From the human T2T-CHM13v2.0 reference genome, Homo sapiens, in assembly GCF_009914755.1 (NCBI RefSeq), contig NC_060934.1: a DNA stretch of 64,000 nucleotides; one strand, given 5' to 3'. A program made the position numbers and the translations under genes. The notes beneath the pieces were generated by a model, which saw nothing but the letters and a program-made list of their open reading frames with translations, was not told the DNA's origin and made no database searches. Below are positions 1 to 13,479 of this stretch, one piece after another. Within the stretch, counting starts at the first letter, position 1; the number at the start of each line of letters is the position of its first letter.

Positions 1-1272
1 TCGTGTTAACTAAGCTTTTCCCCTTAAATAAATAGTCTTGACATTTCTTTCTGTTGCTTCTGATCCACTTACTAGAAGCTGCTGCGGTCTCAGCTGCCAG
101 GAACAAGGCAGGCATGCATTGCCCTTCTGGCTGGGCTCACCAAAGGAGCCTTGAGTTCTCAGCAATGTGGAAATACTCCTGACAGCAAAGGGAGGGTTGC
201 AAATGTTCTCTGGGGGTGACATTTCTGCAAACCTTTTGTTGGGCAATCCCCTTTCTCCCCAGAAAGCATCAAATGCATGCTATCCCCAGAAGCTACATGT
301 CTTTAGAAAGAGGAAAGAATAACACTCCTTCAATAACAGCAACCCTCAGGTGGGTGGTGAAGGATCTCACTCTCTGATTACAGTGGTGCTTCCTGGAAGA
401 CCTGAAATAACTGTCCGCATGGAGAAGTACTCAGAGAAGCAGAAAGGGTCAGCAGATGAACTAAAAAACAACTTTATGAGCAGATACCTAAGAGTTAACG
501 TTTCATGTTGTAGAAGTCAAAACTACAACTCCCGTCACCAACCCAACGCCCAGCCTTTAAATGTTTTACCTATACTTACAGCGGTGTTCCTTTAAATATG
601 ATCACCGATAAAGAGGGGTGCCTTTTAGGTTTAGACCCGCCTCAAATTGAGTAACAAATCAGCTCTTTCACACTCAGGCTGCGTTTTGGTTAACTGCAGC
701 AGTGATGTTCATTATCCTTCGTGAGTAAGCCCTGAGGCTCTTTGGGCATCAGTGCTCATAAATTAATATTTATGATGAAGATTAATAAAACTGAAATGAA
801 AAAAAGGGACTTAAAATTAAAATTTAAAAAGCTCTTCAATCTCTAAATCCATTTCCAGTGAGAGGGATGGAAGAACAGTTAGTACCACGTGTGTTCGCAA
901 GCATTTATCAGTAGACAAATCTCTTAATTGTAACCATTATATTGTGAACGATCCACTAATCCTTCAATTTCATTCTTCACTGTTTCTCATTTAAGCAATT
1001 CTTGCATTTTTTCTATGCCTAGTTCCTCAGTTAAAGAAGGAAAATAAACTTCTTGTGAAAAAATTTACTTTTCCTTTGTATTCTTATATACCCACATGCT
1101 TTTCTGTTTATCCTTTTTGTTAAATATGAAAGAAATTGAATAAAAAGTCTGAAAAAGGAATTTAAGAGAAACCTGTGCTATTTATTTGCCCCTAAACCAC
1201 CACTACAGATAATCTTCTAATTTTTAAAGACCTTCAAATAATAGAATAGCATTGAATGCATTTCATTATTAA

Positions 1273-1648
<376 letters not shown>

Positions 1649-1774
1649 TCTTATTGTGGTTTTATATGAACTACTTTTTGCTCTGTTCTTCTATTGCCTC
1701 AATAGAGTATACTATTACATTTTTATCCAGCACAAAATCCTGGCAAAGCTTTATACAGGGCACAGAAGGGTTAA

Positions 1775-2193
1775 CAGTGATCCTCCACTAGGGGTGATTT
1801 TGCACCTCTGCTCTCCAGCCAGTGGAGGACATTTGGCAACATCAGGAGATATGTTTGATTGTCACAACATGGAAGGTGCTACCAGCATCAGTTGGTAGAG
1901 GCCAGGGATGCTGTTAAACATCCTGGAATGCCCAGAGCAACACCGTCCTCCCCAACCTCCAACAGAGAAAGACCTGGTCCCAAATGTCAATAGTACCAAG
2001 TACCAATAGTCCAAGGCAACATCATGAGATATGTTTGATTGTCACAACCTGGAAGGCGCTACCAGCATCGGTTGATAGAGGCCAGGGATGCTGTTAAACG
2101 TCCTAGAATTCCCAGAATAGCACCATCCTCCCCACCCTCCAGCAGAGAATGATCTGGTCTGAAAAGTCAATAGTACCAAGATTGAGAAACCCG
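1775..2193 (+). mobile_element. MER20 (hAT-Charlie MITE) with internal 180-bp-period tandem duplication
   Basis: MER20 motifs (gacatttggcaa, gtagaggccagggatgctg, aatgtcaatagt, ttgagaaaccc); intact 8-bp TSD agggttaa at 1767-1774 and 2194-2201. Confidence 0.88.
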
Positions 2194-3194
2194 AGGGTTA
2201 AGAGGAAGTGGCAGCTACACGGTAAGGCAAGACCATTGAAACAGCTGCAGGGAATTCAACGCCAGTACCAACCGTATGGTTCACATTATTCTAAATTGCC
2301 TGGGATTAATCAATGTAGGGTGAGATTAGGGAGTGAAACCATCCTGGAGAGCGTTTAAGGTTTTGAAAATTGTTAACCACATGATTTTAGTTATATTTTG
2401 GATCTACTTTTTATTTTATGGTGAGATTACCAATGCAATTTTCCTCTATTTTTCATAAGGTAAAAGCTGTAATGCATTATTTGGGAATTCTAATTTTTCA
2501 GGAAGCATTTTAGCTTGGCCAGCATAACTGCCAATGCTTGACATGCTTCCCTGGCATAATGAGTGGGATTTATTTGTAATATAAACTTCTGATTGGCTAG
2601 TTCCTGGCTCTTTAGAAACTGCCACATTTTTGAGGGTTGTACTTTCCCAACATTAATATGAGAGTTTGAATGTTATTTTTTCCTCCAGAAAAATGTCCAT
2701 ATGTCAAAGGTCAATGATATAAAAGTATTCTAATTTAATAGCAGGCATGACTAAATATAGAATGGAACAAAATCCTGGAATTACTTTGCAGAGCCAACAA
2801 CAACAAGAATAATCAGTACTGCACAGTGACCCCCTCTCAGACAACTTCTGGATGTGCCACATTTCTTTTCAACAGGGCTGCCACAAGGGAAGTCAGTATC
2901 TAGTCTTTGTTAAATCAGATTTCCCATTCTGGCAGCAAAAAGGTTTTCCCATCTCATCACCTTAGTTGGAAAACAAAGCTCACTGTCCTGATAGTTGAAG
3001 TTGCTTTCTAAAGTGCAAAGGGATACACATTTGTAAGGTGTATTAAGGTATTTGTTTCCAATTATTTGGCCATGCAAACAGCGCAGCTCTTTGATTGAAA
3101 TAAATGTGAGAAAACAACTTAATACTTGTTGAAGTCCGGTCCACCATGAGCCATTTGGCTTTATGGGTTAGGAAGTGAGAAACATTGCTACAGC

Positions 3195-3255
3195 CCATGA
3201 GTACTTGGGGAAACTGAAGGGCACAAACCCTTTCAGTTTCCCCAAGTACTCATGG
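3195..3255. repeat. Perfect 24-bp inverted repeat (hairpin)
   Basis: ccatgagtacttggggaaactgaa (3195-3218) is the exact reverse complement of 3232-3255. Confidence 0.97.
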
Positions 3256-4197
3256 AGTGAAGTCATGTTTCTCAGTACGTGCTTCCTTGGGGGTCTGACA
3301 ATGCTTCACTCAGAGCAGCGTCAACTGAGGCCAAGGTCATGGGTTGACTTCTTCAAGGTCACAGATTGGCTTTTCCCATGGGCAGTCAACTTCTTCAAGG
3401 CCTGTGGTCAAATCCAGCCCTCCTCACCTTTCCTCACTCTCCATTTAGGAATATGTCAACTGTTGCAGTGTAAGGGGCTAGAATGTGAGGTCTTTCCTAC
3501 TGTCTACTTCCATGAGAGGACAGCAGTCAATGTTGTGTTGATTTCATACTCAAAAGACAGGAGTCTACATTTAATTGGATGCCATACATGTTATTTCTTG
3601 TCCTATTAAAAATATGGTCTTGTATTAAAATTAGATTTCTGAATAATGCCTATGTATAGGCCTGAGGGTATTTCTCCATCTCAACCTCCGTGCTATGAGC
3701 CTGCAACAGGAATGGCGCTATCACTGCTTCTTCACACAAGGTTAACTCTCTTACTAAGTGGATTCTGAAAGGATTGAGGAATTGAGGCTGACCCGGGTAG
3801 TGATGGGATGAGAATGTCAAGACAAGATGTCCTTGGGTGGACAACAGCATCTTGATAGAGCTTCCATTTTATCTTTCCAAGCAGCCCAATACTGTTTTCT
3901 TATCTATAGATTCATGGAAGGTTACAGCTCAGAAATGTCTTTACGATTTCCTAGTCCAACCCTCCGGTAAACCATGGGCCAGAGTGGTTGTGTCAACCAA
4001 TGATCACACAGCTGGTCAGTGGCCAGGCTAGGATTCATTCTCTACTCTCTGGTGCTACTGACTATAAAGGAAGAAGCAGGATGGGAAGATTCTAATGAAC
4101 TCAGAAAGAGGACGGGGAAAGAGAGCAAGGATTGAAATCCTAGTATCCGAGAACCATGGGACTTGAAAGGGTCCAATTTAGTTAAATGCAAATCGTG

Positions 4198-4558
4198 TGA
4201 TATGGTTTGGCTGTGTCCCCACCCAAATCTCATCTTGAATTGTAGCTCCCATAATTCCCAGGTGTTGTGGGAGGGACCTAGTGGGAGATAATGGAATCAT
4301 GGAGGCGGTTTCCTCCATACTGTTCTCATGGTAGTGAATAAGTCTCACAAGATCTGATGGTTTTATAAGGGGAAACCCCTTTTGCTTGGCTCCTATTCTC
4401 TCTTGTCTGCTGCCATATAAGACATGCCTTCTGCCTTCCACCATGATTGTGATGCCTCCTCAGCCACATGGAACTATGATCCATTAAACTTCTTTTTCTT
4501 TATAAGTTACCCAGTCTGGGGTATGTCTTTATCAGCAGCGTGTAAACGGACTAATACA
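4198..4558 (+). mobile_element. THE1 (probably THE1C) solo LTR, ERVL-MaLR
   Basis: Starts tgatatggtttggctgtgtccccacccaaatctcatcttg and ends ggactaataca. Confidence 0.92.
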
Positions 4559-4814
4559 GTGTGTATGCAAAGCCAAACATATAACATTACTTTGTCAAAA
4601 AATGGCAGCCCAAGGAACTATGAAGGCTCAAAAAGCAAAGCAAAACAAAACAGGGTAAGAGAAGAGTCTCAGATCGTAGACACCAGGCAGGTTAACTAGA
4701 GGAGCTTTGGTGCTACTTGGAGGCTTGAGCTGATAGAATTATACTTACAGTTAGGATTTGTGCTTGCCCTCAGACAGAAGGGCAGGCCAGGCCTGACTGT
4801 ACACCTATCATTTC

Positions 4815-4936
4815 AACAGTCTACAGGACACATGGCTGGCATTTTGCTAAACAAGGCTCCTAAAAAAGGTGTGAATGGCTTCCCTGACATCACTTTACAT
4901 GGATCTCTGAATTTTGCACAAAAACAGAAAGTCTTA
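4815..4936 (+). repeat. Local duplication A, copy 1 (copy 2 at 5601-5720)
   Basis: Shared blocks atggctggcattttgct and caaaaacagaaagtctta; colinear over about 120 bp. Confidence 0.9.
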
Positions 4937-5600
4937 GAGAGAAGGTGGCCACAGCCTCCTAGCTGGCCCTGGAATGGAGTGAGGCCTCTCTTTTCTACTA
5001 TATTGGTAAGATCTGTTTTACATTTTACCCTGGTCTGGAACTGCCCTGAGTCTGGGAGGTGCCCATATGAGGGAAGCACATGGTGGACCACAGCAGAAAA
5101 GCCACAGGGTCTTCCAGAGCGGTCACTCCAGCTACCCTCCTTGGTGTGGGAAGGTGTGGTTTTCTGAAGACACCACGCCCTGTTCCAGGCCCTTAATGGT
5201 GTCAAGTTTTCATGGAGGTTTCTTTGTGATGGAGGGACCCTATCCTTTCTCATGTCTGAAAACTGCTCTGCCACAGGGTAAATGATTCAGAAAGTTTCTG
5301 ATTCAGCCACAAATGAAACTGGGGAAGCCTCATTAAAGGCACTAATGAGCGCTCCCTTTCATCGCAGGCACTGTCTTGACATCTCCATAGATGTCTCTGC
5401 AATGATGGGCCCCTCCCTGTGTACTGCCTGGGAGAGCAGCCAGGGCGAACCTGCAATGGGGGCTGAGGTCTGTGAACAAAAGAAGCCTCCCTTCTGAAAG
5501 GCAAGCCCAAGTTGAAGTCATCAGACAGAGATAACTGAGCTACGGGCCCTCAAGGCTACACTGGAGCAGGTCTGAGGCCAGCCCAGACTCTTGTCATTAG

Positions 5601-5720
5601 AACAGTCTGCAAGACATATGGCTGGCATTTTGCTGACCAAGCCCCTAGAAAAGGTACGAATGAATTGTTTTACATCATTTTAAAAGGATCTGTGGTATTG
5701 TGCAAAAACAGAAAGTCTTA
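5601..5720 (+). repeat. Local duplication A, copy 2
   Basis: Aligns by eye to 4815-4936. Confidence 0.9.
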
Positions 5721-5758
5721 TTTCCAGATAGCAAAGAAAAGTTTTAAAAAAGAGATCT

Positions 5759-6058
5759 AGCCAGGCGTGGTGGCTCGCACCTGTAATCCCAGCACTTTAG
5801 GAGGCTGAGGCTGGCAGATCACGAGGTCAAGAGACTGAGACCATCCTGGCCAACATGGTGAAACCCTGCCTCTACAAAAAATACAAAAATTAGCTGGGCG
5901 TGGTGGCGCGCGTCTGTAGTCCCAGCTACTCAGGAGGCTGAGGCAGGAGAATTGCTTGAACCCAGGAGGTGGAGGTTTCAGTGAGCCGAGATTGTGCCAC
6001 TGCACTCTAGCCTGGCGAAAGAGTGAGACTCCATCTCAACAAAAAGGAAAAAAAAAAA
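5759..6058 (+). mobile_element. AluSc-like
   Basis: Full Alu; gaggtcaagaga and cctggcga (single-base loss) diagnostics; A tail. Confidence 0.93.
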
Positions 6059-6310
6059 GACCTATGTCTTTTGATTTCATTTTCCTTGAGAGAAGCAAGA
6101 CGTCTTGTGGTTTGTTTCATGAAATATCTGATCATAGAAAGGGGGAGGTGGTTCATAGATTATAAAATGTTGTCATTCTAAAACTGCGAGTTATACATTT
6201 CATATCACACATTACAATTACATTTGGGAGGAACCGTGCTTTCTCACACGGCAAGATGTCCAGGACAAGAACACAAGAGGAAACTTAGGCAAGTCTGCAT
6301 AAGGTTCTAG

Positions 6311-6417
6311 GTGGACATCTCCTATTCCAGTGGTCTCCCCTCAGGCCTCTCCACCAGCAACGGTGCAGTGAGAGTAACAGAGAAATAGACCCAGGCCTGG
6401 TGGGAGGTTGGAAGGCA
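6311..6417 (+). repeat. Local duplication B, copy 1 (copy 2 at 8099-8205)
   Basis: 107 bp, ungapped, 8 mismatches. Confidence 0.97.
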
Positions 6418-6473
6418 GCAAATATAGATAATTGAGCAAAAATAGATAATTTGTTGAAAAGGAGACCCACATC

Positions 6474-7043
<570 letters not shown>

Positions 7044-7217
7044 CTATAAATAACTCCGGCCATCAGTAAGGGCACTCGATATGTTCCTACCATTCAGAGA
7101 CAACAGAATTAAAGAGTTGGACAAACCAAAAGAGACCATCTGTCCAGGTCTGTCTTTGGGCAGGTGAATACCTAAACCATCAGAGCTGTCTCTTTATTTC
7201 TTGGGGATCTTATGTAG

Positions 7218-7699
7218 CAGGGATCCCCAACCCCTGGGCCACAGACTGGCTGCACAGCAGGAGGCGAGCCGTGAGAGAGTGAAGCTTCATCTGTATTTAC
7301 AGCCACTCCCCATTGCTCACATTACCACCTGGGCTCCACCTCCCATCAGATTAGCAGTGGCATTAGATTCTCACAGGAGCACGAACCTGTTCGTGAACTG
7401 TGCTTGCCAGGGATGTAGGCTGCATGCTCCTTATGAGAATTCAATGCCTGATGATTTGTCACTGTCTCCCATCACCCTCAGGTGGGACCATCTAGTAGCA
7501 GGAAAACAAATTCAGGGTTCCCACTGATTCTACATTATGTTGAGTTGTAGAATTATTTCATTATATATTTCAATGTAATAATAATAGAAATAAATGTAAT
7601 GTGCTTAAATCATCCTGAAACCATCCCCCAACCTCAGTCCTTGGAAAAATTGTCTTCCATGAATCAGGTCCCCGGTGCCAAAAAAGTTGGGGACCACTG
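7218..7699 (+). mobile_element. MER1A (hAT-Charlie)
   Basis: Terminal inverted repeats cagggatccccaacc / gttggggaccactg; internal gaagcttcatctgtatttacagcc. Confidence 0.88.
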
Positions 7700-8098
7700 G
7701 GACCATACACCCTTCAACAGAACATGACAGGTCTGCATAAGATTCAAGGTGTTTTCCCTGACATTAGATAGAAAACTCTTCTGTTATATATTTGTAGCTA
7801 TTTCTGCATACTAATGCTGCCTCATTTGCTGACTTATCATTCTGAAAGTTCCTTCCGTAAAAAAGAAAGGCTTAAAAAATACATTCTAATGATACGTGCC
7901 TTCTCTGTCTGTGCACACAGTGTCAGATAGAAAGCAACTTCTTATCCTTCCAATGAAGAACACGGAATAGCTGAGTCTTTGCCAGACATAGCCTGATGGG
8001 AACCCTGTGGTGTGGCCCTCTTCATGGGGAGTTCAGTGTGATCAGGTTGAGCCATATTTATGTGATGTCACCTAGGCAGGGATTAACACTGGCTTTAC

Positions 8099-8205
8099 GT
8101 GGACATCTCCTATTCCAGTGATCGCCCCTCCGGTCTCTCCACCAGCAACAGTACAATGGGAGTAACAGAGAAATAGACCCAGGCCTGGTGGGAGGTTGGA
8201 AGGCA
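8099..8205 (+). repeat. Local duplication B, copy 2
   Basis: 99/107 identical to 6311-6417. Confidence 0.97.
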
Positions 8206-10369
8206 CTAAGCCAGCCGGACTAGTGCCAAACTTAGAAACAAAAGGGAAGAAGTTGAGTGAATGAACAGGGGCATAAAAAGGAAGGGATTTCTTTGGTAGG
8301 TATGACAAAAACAACCAAGTCCATATCTTAAATATTTTCTCTCCAGTAAAATTTTAATGTCACTTTGGGATAGGGTCTGTATGGTTAGTCTTCTTCTAAA
8401 CCTGGGTCCAGCTGCTTGGTTTTGTCATGTGATTTTTTTTAAGTAATGGTGAATTTGTAATAGGTTTCTTTCTTCTCTTTCTCTCCTATGACAGACCGGG
8501 GAAAGGGGCTTACAACCAGAATGCTATCAAATCCTTTATGAAACATTTGGGGCTAATTACCCTTGCTGGAAGTCTCAGGATTTTTTTCCTTGCAGTTTTT
8601 TTTTCCATTTTAATGGAACACAGTTCAAGTCTCATAAATGCTTAAATATGTAGTCGTAAAGTTTCAGATGTCTCATGGGCACCGCTGTCTGCAAATCTAC
8701 CAGGCAGGGCTCTGCAGAGGTTCAAATTCGAACTGGTTTCCGCCTCTCACAAAGTGTGTTATATAAGCTGGGCTGGGAGAATTTACATGCTCCATGCGGC
8801 CATTTAATAAAGCTCACTTGATTATAGAGCCAGGGTCACCCCAGGAAATCTTGCCACCTCCCCATTTAAACAGTGAGAGGGAACTATGCATTTGGCTGTT
8901 GTTGCTTTCTCCTGATCCAGTTATCCCCAGGAAGTGATCCTTCATTTCCTTGCTCATGACTGCAGGCTTCAAGGAAGAAGCCAGACCAGGCCAGGGTCAG
9001 AGGCCCCAGTTTCAACTTCCTCTGGCTGCAAACAAAGCCATCAATCAGAGCACAGGCATTATTTACACATTCCCTAGGAGTTGCCTTCTTGCGTCTCAGA
9101 GCAATGCACCAGCACGTAGTTAGGGAAGTAAAAAACAGGACTGCCCCTCTGTGGAATAATTATGGACTTCACAACTATGAGTTGGGATCAAAAGGGGGAC
9201 AATCAAGGGATGCCACTGGTTTATGTCCCTTTCCTGACCCAGATGCCTGGGGAGAGCCAGTGAAGTCAGAGGCACATGCAAGTTCTTCCTGCACCTCAGA
9301 GCTAGGAGAATGAACTCTGCTGGACTCTTTAGGCAGATGCTTCCCTGAACGCAAGAATCTTTCTGATGCCCTGAGGGCTAAGGCTAGAACCAGGAAGTTG
9401 AAAGAGGTGCTCGTTACTCAGAATCCCTGTCCCTACCTCAGCCATATTGTCAACCAAGTCAGCGAACGCTAGAGACTTCAGGAGGAGAAGGGAGTGTTTT
9501 CTCACCATAAAAAAAATTCTAGGTGCTCCTATGTCATCGTCACTTGTTTATTTACCTAATGCAACTTTCCCAAGTCATGTACATGTGTCTTTTAGACACT
9601 GAACACATCCCACTCCCTTGGGTCAGTCTGGAAACTCTGGTGTAGACTCGGCCACCAACTCACATTTTAGTGATCCTTTACCTTGGGAAAATTGCCCAAT
9701 CTTTTCTTTTTTTCTCATCTTTGCTTTCACATCTTCCAAATTCCACTTCTGTTCTTTTACTCGCCTTCTCCTTGCCAAGTGATTGGTCCACTGAAGACCA
9801 GCATGGCCAGCCTATAAAGGTTGTAAAGAAAGAACTGGCAAGGTAAGGTGTGTGTCAAATGGGTGATGTGTTCTGTCTGTGTGTCTGTCTGTCTGTCTCC
9901 ATGTGTCTATCTCTCGATGCCTGTCCTATACCTGGCTGAGTGCTGTGAGCTGGCCATGCTTCAATAAACAGCAGACTTGACCTCGGGGAGCTTATGGCAC
10001 AAAGAAGAGGAAGGCAGACATGGGACAAATGATTATAGACAAGAGGAGCGCTCATATGGGGAAGCTTGGGAGGCTTCAGGAAGGTACCTGAGCTGTAGGA
10101 CTTCAGAGAGGAGATTGTTATGGGTTATGTAAGGTCATCACAGAAACCTTCCATCAAGGCATGTCTGAAAGGCTGGGTAGGAATCTAACCACCTGAAAGG
10201 AAGAATTGCATTAGCCTGCAGCCTTCCAGGCTACGGACACTTCAGGTAGGAAAGCGGAGACCTGAGTGTCCCAGGGGTTTTGGGGACAAGGAATAGAGCA
10301 GTTGACTACGTGGATGCTATGGATGCGCTAGGAGAAAGAGGCAAGTTTGGAGATATTAGCACTCTCTAT

Positions 10370-10540
10370 ATACACTTAATCTTCACCAGACTGCTATCAT
10401 TCCCAATTAAACAGACAAGGAAACTGAGACACAGAGGCTGAATTGCCCAAAATCTCACAAACAGTAAATAATTGAGTGGGATTTTAAACAAGGGGAGCTT
10501 GTTGCAGAGTCCACTGACTTAAAACCAGGGCACTCAGTTA
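10370..10540 (-). mobile_element. MIR fragment
   Basis: Core motif acagacaaggaaactgagacacagagg. Confidence 0.7.
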
Positions 10541-10664
10541 CCCCTCTCTGTGGTAAGATGGAGTGGAGTTGGGAAGGTCTTGGATGACCAAACCAAGATC
10601 TGTGGTCATACGGGATGCCTAGGGGAGTCTGTCAAAACTGGATTTAGTTATCATTTATAAAAGA

Positions 10665-10732
10665 GACACACATGCAACATGCATACACACACACACACGT
10701 GCACACACACACACACACACACATATATATAC
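10665..10732. repeat. (CA)n microsatellite, interrupted
   Basis: Direct reading. Confidence 0.95.
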
Positions 10733-11009
10733 ACCATGTCTAACATTTTCACTCAAATACATGCCATAGTACAGCAGAAGCCTCCAGTGTTTAATCTGTG
10801 CTTCTCCTCCTGCATGTCTTGGTAAAGAACATAGATCCTTCTGCCATCACTTTGGATCTGTTTGAAACTTTCCCAAATGCCTCATTGGATGGTTATTCTC
10901 CATGTCATCCAGAGTCAAGAAGAGTAACTCTGTCCTGTCCTTTTCAAATATTCTGGCCTGTGCATGTCCACTCAAAAAAAATAAGCAAAAAAATAAAACA
11001 AACTTATCA

Positions 11010-11159
11010 GGCGGGGCATAGTGGCTCATGCCTGTAATTCCAGCACTGAGAGGCCAAGGTGGGAAGATCGCTTGAGGCCAGGGATTCAAGACCAGCCTGG
11101 GCAAAAATAGGGAGATCTTGCCTCTATAAAAAATAAAAAGTAAATTGAAAAAAAAAAAA
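11010..11159 (+). mobile_element. FLAM / Alu monomer
   Basis: Left monomer plus A tail; TSD aaaaca..cttatcag on both sides. Confidence 0.9.
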
Positions 11160-11290
11160 CACCTTATCAGTGTGTTCCAGGATTTTCTTGTTATTGTGCA
11201 AGCAAATATGGTTCTCATTAAATGGACTTGTAATAAATAAATGTTATTCACTTATGCTACTAAAATGTCATGTTGAAATATATATATATA

Positions 11291-11443
11291 TTTTTAAGAT
11301 ACAGGATTCTCACTGTTGCCCAGGCTGGAGTGCAGTGGTACAATCATAGCTTAATGCAATGATAAACACCTGGGCTCAAGCGATCCTCCCTCCTTAGCCT
11401 CCCAAAGTGCTGGGATTACTGGTGTGAGCCACTGTGCCCAGCC
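11291..11443 (-). mobile_element. FLAM/FAM-type Alu monomer
   Basis: Reverse-complement monomer; flanks share tgaaat. Confidence 0.85.
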
Positions 11444-11619
11444 TGAAATCTATTTTACATATTCGGAGTTTAGTATAGAATTCTGCCAAAGGTCTTTGCT
11501 GCTGAAATCTTTGGCCCTAAAATAGGCAATCAAGAGCCACTAAAGGTACTGATATCTCAGCAGACAAGTGACTTATACAATGATGGATAAACGGAATGAA
11601 GGTGAAGATGACTGGATGA

Positions 11620-12079
<460 letters not shown>

Positions 12080-12739
12080 TGATCATTCAAATATTATGGC
12101 ATTTGCAATCATGTTCAAGCTACCTAAAGTATGGGCAGTTGTGAGTGCTTAGGAACTGGAGTTTGTTTATTTTCATTGTTGATTAAATCTTTTATGGAAT
12201 AAATACAATTCAACACATGCCAATGGATGGTCTTCAGTGACTGTGTAACCACTTTTAAAGGCCTTTCACTTTCAAGATCGATAAACTCAGTAAAGGCAGG
12301 TTCTGCTATTGACAATCAGGGTGAAAGACGTTGTTGGCCCTGGTATGGGTGAATCTGTGAGACGAGCTCCCAAGTTCTAGGTTCTAGTGATCAAAAAAAA
12401 AAAAAAAAAAGAAAGAAAGAAAGAATAGGATGGGGTAATGAGAAGTTTTCTACTTGCATTTTCTAAAAGTTAACTTTTCAAGTACAGCTTTGATTACTTA
12501 CACGAAGTTTAGTTCACACAGGAATTTATACATGACTTCAAGTTGAGTTTTCTTTTAGTATTCATCTTCCAGATTTGGGAAATACATCATGGGTCTTAAA
12601 AACTCACATCTAGGCCCATACTTAATCAAAAAGAACTCTGGGAATATTTTGTTCTTGTAGCTCCACATATGGAAGACCAGAATTGATATTGCCAAGACTT
12701 TTCAAAAGCCTGAGATTACTTGTATTTTGTAAGACCCTT

Positions 12740-12920
12740 TATGACTTACAAAGCAATTCCACAAATTTTTAGTCTTCACATCAGTACTATTAGATAGATT
12801 TTATAAATCCTTATTTTATAGACGAGGGCACTAAGAGCCAGAGTGTGTAAGGGACATCCCAAGTCACACAGTTAATAAATGCTACCGAGTTGATACTGGA
12901 GCCTAGGTTTTCTGACAAGG
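12740..12920 (-). mobile_element. MIR fragment
   Basis: attttatagacgagggcactaag...cccaagtcacacag. Confidence 0.6.
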
Positions 12921-13479
12921 CTCAAGCTGCACCCTAAACCATGGAGATTTCTCAGCGTCTTGTTTCAGAAGCACTGGGGTATGGAAAGCAGCACTCACAT
13001 CTGTGGGTTTTTCTCTTTGGAATGCATGAAATAAGATGTTAGTCATTTTCCATGTCATCAAGAATCAACACTTCTTATGACAGATCACAACATCTCAGAA
13101 AATATTTCTTTCATTAGCCACATTACTGACTTACTTCACAACTCTTTGCTGGGGAAGGAGTCTTTGGGGTTAATTTGGTCTGACCTTAGCCCATGTTAGG
13201 AATTCTCCTCCACACACAGCTGGTCCTGTGGAGATGAAAAACATGTACACACCCTAAAATCCTGTCCCAGATGAGTGGCTTTAGGGGATGCTAAATTCCC
13301 AGGCAGGCGGAGGCAAAAAAAGAAAGGGACATTTGGCCTTTGCCATGATGACTACATTTGACTGATGTTTCAGTGTGATGTTATTTCTGGCATCATCTTG
13401 ATCTGTAACTCAAGACTGGTTTTAACTTGGGAAAGTCTGAATCTTCACAGATTTCATTTCTGTCTTATCTCCTCCACTG

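Noticed and set aside
7749-8098. Idea that 6290-6417 is a spliced retrocopy of 7728-8205
   Set aside because: The missing segment lacks GT-AG ends on both strands, and the copy has no poly(A) tail or TSD.
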